Positions 56,001 to 64,000 of a stretch of 64,000 nt of DNA are shown here, one piece after another. Under the pieces are notes generated by a model. The model searched no databases. It was given only the letters and a program-made list of their open reading frames with translations, and was not told the origin of the DNA. Both the position numbers and the translations under genes were made by a program. This DNA is from Chrysomallon squamiferum (lineage: Eukaryota; Animalia; Mollusca): the NCBI GenBank assembly GCA_012295275.1, contig CM022670.1:28644001-28708000 (forward strand). The letters run 5' to 3'. Numbering within the stretch: position 1 is the first letter of the stretch; each line of letters begins with the position of its first letter.

Positions 56001-57996
56001 TAATATAGAGTAATAAAAATAATAATATAGTAACAGTAATGCTAGTACCAGTAACAGTAATAATAAGAAAACTCCCTTTCAAACAACACAACAGGTGCAA
56101 AAATAAAAACACATTATTAACCTTTTTTAATGCAATAATAATAATAATAATTTTAATTTTTTTTTTTTTTAAATTACAATAAAAACTCAAATGGAATGTC
56201 AAGGGTAAAGTGTTTAATAATTATAATTAATAGTAAAAAGTTGTAAATTTTGAAAACATTGCTGATGAATGAGACTAAGTAGAGGAGAAAAATATTTTTG
56301 TTGTGCACTGTTAACAAACATTATTTGGTATCAACAGCACATGATCAGGAATGTAGTGTTAAGAAAAACAGTTAAACCCAAGGATGGTATAATAAAAAGA
56401 AAAAAGAAAAAAAAAGAAAGTGAAAGCCACTAAGCAATCCCACTAATAGTGTTTATCTGAAAGATATAAAAATAGTGTTTATCTGAAAGATATAAAACTA
56501 GTGTTAAAGACTCTATATTTCTCTTGGAAATAAAATCAAGATTTAACAATAAAAAGGAACATTTTAAAAGGTAAATCAAATAACCAAACAGAAATAACAG
56601 AACAAAAACAGAATAAAGATATAAAGATTTCACAACAAAGAATAACTAATACAAGAAAAGATTAAGGTGCTGGTTTGAACAAACTGTCAAGTACATTATA
56701 CACACATCCAAGTTCTTATTTTACTTACTAATGATAACCAATATTTGCTTATAACTAGATAAAACATCACATCACAACCAGAAAATGCTAGCCTTCAGAC
56801 ATCCTCAGAATCTTGTTATTTCACTGTTATTATTTAATTAGCTAATATCTATCACCAGAAATAAACCAAAAAATCCTTTGGAACCACACAATAATTATCA
56901 AAACTGTTAAAACAGTTCTACATATAAAGTATTAAAAAAAAAAAAAAAAAAAAAATTCTTTTGGCAGTCAACACCGGTTTGCACAAATATATTATACATA
57001 TAAATGAAAAATTAGTATTATAAATATTACAGATTAACACATCAGAATTTTTAATTTATGTTTAAATAAAAATGTTTTTGGAGAATTTTCTAAACTTTAC
57101 ATAAGCCTGCTCCTTTTGTAATGATCATATAAATAATTTCAACATTACCACTTCTGTTAACAAGTACTTCCAAACAAAACAGTTATCAAAAGCTAAAATT
57201 ACAACAAAAAATGCGCTGCATTTTATATTCTTTTGAATATACAATTTAGATTAGGAAAATACAATTCTCATTAAAAAAAAGTTTGTTTAAATAAACATTT
57301 AATCACAAAGTTAGAAGCAAGTATTTGAAATTGTATCTCTGCATCCATCTATCAATTCCCTCTTCTTATTTATTTATTATTATATATTTTTTTTCAATTT
57401 ATTAATATTTTTTATTTATTTACAGTGCAAGTCACTGAAGTGACTATAAGGCTGTAAACGGATTAAAGTTAGGTCAGTAGTAAAAATGTGTATTTTCAAA
57501 AGAGAAATGTTTTTTTTGATTTGTTCGTTTTCTTGTTGTTTTTTTTTAATAAAAAATATTTTTTTTAAATAAATAATGCAGGATATTTTGTTCTTTCTGT
57601 GAAAATTCTGAACTGAAAGAAAGCTTATGATACAAAACTTTTATACTGTGGTAAAGATATGCTTACTAATCATATGGTTTTATGTATTGCATAGACTTTA
57701 AATTAAACAAATAAAAAAGAACTTTGTCCTTTAAACTCATGTAATGTGGAAGTTGTTTCACAAATTGATGTTGCTTTTGTGCTTTGAAAATGACAACCAC
57801 AGAACACTTGTGAGGTACACACAAAAACATTTTAGAAAATATAAAAACTAAACTAAAAAAAATATATAGACACAAACATATATCCTCAAAACTGGAAATA
57901 ACGACTTCTCAAAAAAACCTGTATCAAATCCCAACATTCACTATGAAGGGGATGTTTCTGAAAATTTAATACTAATGCATAATGAATGTTCTCAAA

Positions 57997-59519
57997 TCAC
58001 TCGGCTTTGTTATGTATGAAACCATTTTTGTCCCCGTTTAGTAGATGATTGCTAGCATTAACCCCATTGACGATGTTGCCGTTGGAATGTGACTTTACTC
58101 GCTTTTTCTTGATGTAGGTCTGGAGGTAGAAGTTGCTGAACAGAGTCAACATGACCAGCATGTAGCTGGACAGGAGGTACTGACCCCAGACTGGGAAGTC
58201 GCAACCCACACGTAACGAGTTGAAGGTGTGTGTGAATGTTATCACAAATTGAATCTGAAAAGAGATAATTGTACAGGAAATTTTTAAAAATAAATAATAA
58301 TTTTTTTGTTTTTTAGAAATATATGTACAAAATGGAGTGGTATTCAATATGTATGCATGTGTGAATATGTGTTTATACATGTATGTGTATGATTGATTGA
58401 TTGATTACCATAGTGCCTAGATCAGATACATACACATGTATGAAAGACTTGGAAAGTAATAAATGCATGTAAGTAACAACTAAATAAGTTTTTAAACATT
58501 AATTTTTATATTCTTATTCAGAGACAGAGATCTCTACACATCTGTTAATACAGCTTACAGGCATTTAAATAATATTTAACTTGAAATACATCATCTGTAC
58601 AAATACTGACATGTTAAATTTCTAAAAAAATTAAATTTATATTGTAAAAAAAAAAAAAAAAAAAAAAAAAAGAAAGAAAGAAAGCAAATGAGAATGAAAA
58701 ATCAAACAAAACTTACCAACTGAAATGTTGTAATGTATTTTTTGAACCACAGTTTGTTCTTAAGGGACGGAACAACAGACAGTCCATAATATGAATACAT
58801 GACTATATGGACAAGACAGTTCAGCCACGCACCAAACCAGGCTGAAATAGCAAAGTTCTGTATTTTATAGAATTATGTAGAACTTGAATTTATAGAATTA
58901 GAAAAGAAATATAAAGCTGTTAATTAAACACTCTTAAATAAATAAATAAATAAGTTGTTCATTTGGGTGAACTATGATGCATTTAACTATTAAATCAAAC
59001 AAATATGTGAGTTAATATTAAACACAAACTTGTTCCCTGGATCTTAAAATTCCAGTTCCAAAACTGCTTTACCAACATAATGTTAAACTCATGCATGAGT
59101 TTATAAAGTTATTTTCAAGCCTTGGTATCAACAAAAAGAAAAGGGAAAAGAAGAAAACAGAAGACTTCAGCCAAAATATAAGACTGTTCCAGTGTTAATA
59201 GAAATTTAAGTTTAGATTTTTGTATCAGCAAAATATTAAGTTACAGTTTCAGTATCACACAACAACTTAAGTTCTTGTTTAAATATGAAGTTATTGTCAT
59301 TTTCAACACTATAGTGCAGTACTCACACATGCCACCGGGTATAAACATCATCGTCCACCACCATATATTGAGCATGGTGGCATGGTGAAACCAGTGCAGA
59401 AAGGTTATTTGCTCAAACTTTTTACGCAGAACCATCAAAACTGTGTCCATCAGTTCAATGGCTTTTGAGAAGAAATACCACCATAAGACTCTGGCCACCT
59501 GGAAAAGGGACGGCAAGTG

Positions 59520-59552
<33 letters not shown>

Positions 59553-61724
59553 AAAAATTAACAAGAGCTCTTTCACCATTTTTAATGTTTTTATCAGGAA
59601 TGCATTTTACCTTTAAACAAGTTATCACATCATATTATGTCATTTATTAATGTATGTGAGTAAATTCATGTAGCAATTAACCATTAGCATTAACTGTAAG
59701 AGAGTGTGAATCTTTTACATGCTCCTCTCCGAGACCACAGAAAAACGTACATCATGGACTTTGATAATGTATAAGTGACTGATAACCCAGGATAGAGTGA
59801 AAAAACAGCTCAAGTACATATTCATGGACTGATCATGTGACCCAAGTCTACTGATCTAGCAGTCAAGAGAAATAAATCAAGTAAACCTTACCCTGTATTC
59901 TCTAGGATCACGTCTAGATTTCTCATTGTAGGATGCGCACCAAAAGTCATACTCGGCTCCCAACACACCAAGAAACAGCTGAAAATAACAACAGTATTAA
60001 AATAACAGGTGTGACAGTTATTATCAGCTCAACCTGTTTAATGAAACATTTTATGAAAAATCGGGATTTCTCACATCAAAATAATATTTCTTTCATGTTT
60101 GTGTTAGATTTAATGACAAATTTGTCATTCTCTGATATAACTAATTTTTAATTTTTTTATTATTTTTATTATAGTTTTTTTTTGATAAAACAAATGTTCT
60201 AAGATTCTTTATGATTCTGAATTAAATGACAGATATAAATTTTTATTTAAAAAAAAAAAATAAACGAATAAAAAATAGAAGTAATTTTTACTGCAATATA
60301 TTTATTATTAACATGTCTTCAACATTGTATATCTTATAAATTTTCAAATGTATAAATTTAATCAAGAAATGAACTGCAATATTCTTTTGAATTTATTTAA
60401 AGACTTATTTACCTCTATAAACATGTAAATTGAAAGTCCCACTAATGCCAGATTGTAGACAATCATAAAATATTGAAGATTAAATGGCTGTCGATGCTTC
60501 ATAATGCGAGGACCAAGAAAAACCATAGCCACATAGAGAAATGTTAAAGTCCATACAGGTATGGGTGTAGAGTTTAACAAAAACCAGTCTTTGGTTCTAG
60601 GGTCTGTAAAACAATGTAAAAACATAAAAGGCATAACAAAAACATTAAATGTGTTATTAGGATAAAGTTATCACCTGGGATGGATATGACCATTTAAATT
60701 AAAAGTAAAAATAGATGAGATAAATAATTAAACAAAATAATAATAATAAAAGACAGAAAAAGACCACTAGTCATCATTATTTTTATCAAACAATTTAAAT
60801 AAAATTAGATTAAATTAAAAAAAAAAAATATTAAAAATTAAAATATAATTTAAAAGTTCTATTTCTAAGATATATAAATTCTTTCTAGTGATAACAGCCT
60901 TTTAAACATTTAATAAACAAATTAGCAATTGTTTCACAATAAATACTGATAAAAGTGTATGGCTTAAAAATCATTACGCAAGTTAAATTTAAACTTTCTT
61001 GTTTAAATACTTTATCTTTTTTATCCTGATATGAACTGAGTGTTGAGAAAAATATAAGGTATGCACACACTCTTCAAATACACATAAATACGAAAATCAA
61101 ATAACCCACTTAAGAAATGTTTAGTAGTCAATAGTCTGTCCCAAGTATTTAGGCGTGAAACAGGAACTCTTGTTTTGTAAACCCAAACAACTTGTTTTAT
61201 GAGTCATTTGGACATAAGGTAGGAAAATGTCATTTTGTGGAACATGTATAATTATAATTATAATTGTAATGTAATGTAATATTAATGGATTTTTTTCTTG
61301 TAGATTTATTTAACAAATGAAATTAAAAAAAGTATTTTTTTTAAATAAATTTAAAAATTAAAATGACACTGTCTTTGGAAGTAAACAGGTTTGTAATATA
61401 AATGTTAAATCTTCATAATTAGAAACAAAAACAAAAATGTGTATAATAAAAATCATTTACGACATGTACAAATATGTACATATTCTATTAACAGTATTAG
61501 CTTATATCACTTTATATAATTACATGTTATATTTGAAATCATTATCAGGAAAACATGGACAATATCAATACTTATCGATATAAATTCCCTCTGCTGCAGT
61601 GCAATCATATTTGTTATTTTACTACATTCAAATCATTTTAAAATAATGTCTTTTGAAAACTGAATTGCAATAAATTTTAAAATAAAATAATCAAAATTTT
61701 AAAATTCAAAGGATCTTTAACAGA

Positions 61725-61761
<37 letters not shown>

Positions 61762-63111
61762 TCTGCCTTTATGATAAACAAATTATATATCGATAACATA
61801 CTGGAAGATGCAATCTGACATCTATACATTACATAAATAGATATGATATGCACATCTATCAATATCATTTGTTTGCATTTTCAATGATTTCTTTTTTCTC
61901 TGCAAAAGAAAATCCTTTTAAAATGCAGTTTAGATTATTGTGTTTACACTGTACTGCAACATTCACTAATGTCATGCTGCAGTAAATAGGTACGAGAAAT
62001 ACTGAGTTTATTGAATCAGCGGTTACTCTGGTATTGAAATATTCATCTTCTATACTTAATGGAGGTGCTTCTGAATGAAACAATTTGTACAATATTTATC
62101 TGTGATTAGTGCATTTCCTGTAGAACCATCATATGGGTAATGACTCTGAACATGAGATGAAGTGGAACAATCACCAGATGTCAAAAGATAACAGATTTAA
62201 ACAAACACCTCATGCCAAACACACACACAAACACACACACACACCTATTTGCTTAAATTTATAATAATAATAATAGTAGTAATAATCTTAAAAAGATTTT
62301 TTTTAAATTTCATTCCATATTCGAAATATAATGCAAGCAAACATTAATCACAAACAATACATTTAATAACTTGTGAATAATGATTACAAACAGCAAATGA
62401 CATACAACAGGTCAAATTATTTCCCTTCTGTAATTATCAACATCTCTCTTGGACTGTGAACCCACTTTTCAAATATACACACACATATAGGTACACGTTA
62501 TAAAATGAAACTGACATTAACTTCTCTAAACAAATTCATACAAATGAAACCCATGAACTTTAAATTAAAAAAACAGCCACAAATTAGAAAATGGAAATGA
62601 ATTATGTGAAAACAGAATATGATAATGAAATAAAATATTTTATATGTTCAACCAGCCACAGAGAGACACACAGACAGACAGAGAGAGAGAGAGAGAGAGG
62701 AATAAAGAAGTATAATTCTCAAATATATATCATACATTCTACCACAAACCAAGAAAAAAACCTGTCATTACAATATTTATCACTAATATTTAAAAAAAGA
62801 AAGTGCATGTTGATTATACTTAGGTTTTATTAAATGTTTAAGCAAATAGGATATTAATATTGAAAATTACTTGAGTAGAAAGTGTTTTGTATGTGCATTT
62901 GTTGACAGATATGACTCTACATAACATGATATTTAATTAACTTCTCACAAGGCAAAACCTTTAAACATACAATTTTACCTTCCAGTATATTCTAATTTCT
63001 TATTAAACATTTTAAAACTAAACATAAAATTGATCTTTAAATATTTGTTTTACCTGCATTGGGGACTGCCTCCTCATACTGCTGAATTAAATTTTTTATA
63101 TATCCATCCAT
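57997..63111 (-). CDS. Elongation of very long chain fatty acids protein (ELOVL4-like), 6 coding exons, 296 aa
   Basis: Exons (minus) 63111-63054, 60603-60413, 59978-59892, 59498-59327, 58841-58717, 58254-57997 (891 nt). ELO motifs: [11 protein letters not shown] in TM2, [22 protein letters not shown], His box [44 protein letters not shown]. The subfamily assignment is tentative. An acceptor just upstream of the ATG implies a further 5' UTR exon. Confidence 0.94.
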
Positions 63112-64000
63112 TCTACCTGAAATCAGATAATGAAATTAAATACAAAAATAATAAATAAACACAAACTCTATAAGTTTTTAAATGAATAAATGTAATAACT
63201 TAAGTGAAATTAAATAATGAAATTAAACATCAGAATTACAGATAAAACAATTTTACACAAACTCTGAAAGGTGTTTTTTTGCACAAATTTAACAGATATC
63301 CTAATATTATTATGTTCAATTTTCTTTAGGTATTCAACCAATTCTTAATATTTTTAACATCAAAGATTGAAAGAATGTTTAACAATACTTTAGCAAAAAA
63401 ATTACTAAGATACTATGTGTCATTTGAAGGTAAATACATGTATATGTTATAAGATGCAGCAAAAAGGATGTGCATGAAAAAGATCTGAGTAAAAAAAGTT
63501 AATTAATAAAATATTTCAATCTAAAAAACAGGGTATAAATAAAAAATGATTTAATTATAAAAATATTTATATCATATTATTTTTTCTGTATTGTTAGAAA
63601 TATTCCCCATAAATCTGTAAATGTTTCCTATGAAAAGAATATACTTGAACATCTGTATATCAAATGACAGTATACTTCACAGAGAATAAATTATATATCA
63701 ATATAATACTTACATCAATTACTATAAAATAATGAAGACAATTACTATAAAATAATGTACATTATAAATCAATTCCAACCATTGTTGAACAATTTTAATC
63801 TTTTTCACCTGTTGTAGACAATTAACATTCTGATGCTATGAAAATAAAGTTTTGTTTATAACATTTATATATATAATTAGGTCGTTATATATATATATAG
63901 GCGGTTTTGTAAATTGTTGTTTTGACTGATTTCATACCTGTGAACTTGGAAAATTAATTGACAGCTACAATGATAAATAATAAAAATGTTCATTACTGCT

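Overview
AT-rich, microsatellite-rich animal genomic DNA, probably from an invertebrate; a mollusc is a guess from composition and gene style. There is no prokaryotic content or CRISPR. Hand-splicing GT-AG junctions in frame gives five multi-exon protein genes. (1) A 254-aa four-transmembrane LAPTM-like protein with a PY-motif tail (minus, 3218-17755, 12-kb first intron). (2) A 421-aa uncharacterised two-exon protein with a CCDC190-like N-terminal coiled coil (plus, 27520-29182); a decayed copy of part of its exon 2 lies upstream next to a minisatellite. (3) A complete but atypical uroporphyrinogen decarboxylase, UROD (minus, 33116-39733, 10 exons, 372 aa). (4) RMC1/C18orf8 (plus, 41147-50038, 22 coding exons, 661 aa), head-to-head with UROD and containing a U12-type intron. 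(5) An ELOVL4-like fatty acid elongase (minus, 57997-63111, 6 coding exons, 296 aa). The best novelty candidate is an internally deleted Tigger/pogo element in UROD intron 1. It keeps an intact, sense-oriented 209-aa CENP-B-type DNA-binding ORF with an in-frame splice acceptor and a polyA signal, so it may be a domesticated or gene-trap exon. Other candidates are the altered substrate loops of this UROD and an intronic element combining a perfect CLEAR palindrome with an RFX X-box in the LAPTM-like gene. Most short ORFs in the supplied track are microsatellite or intron artefacts. All homology calls are from memory of protein families; no searches were run.
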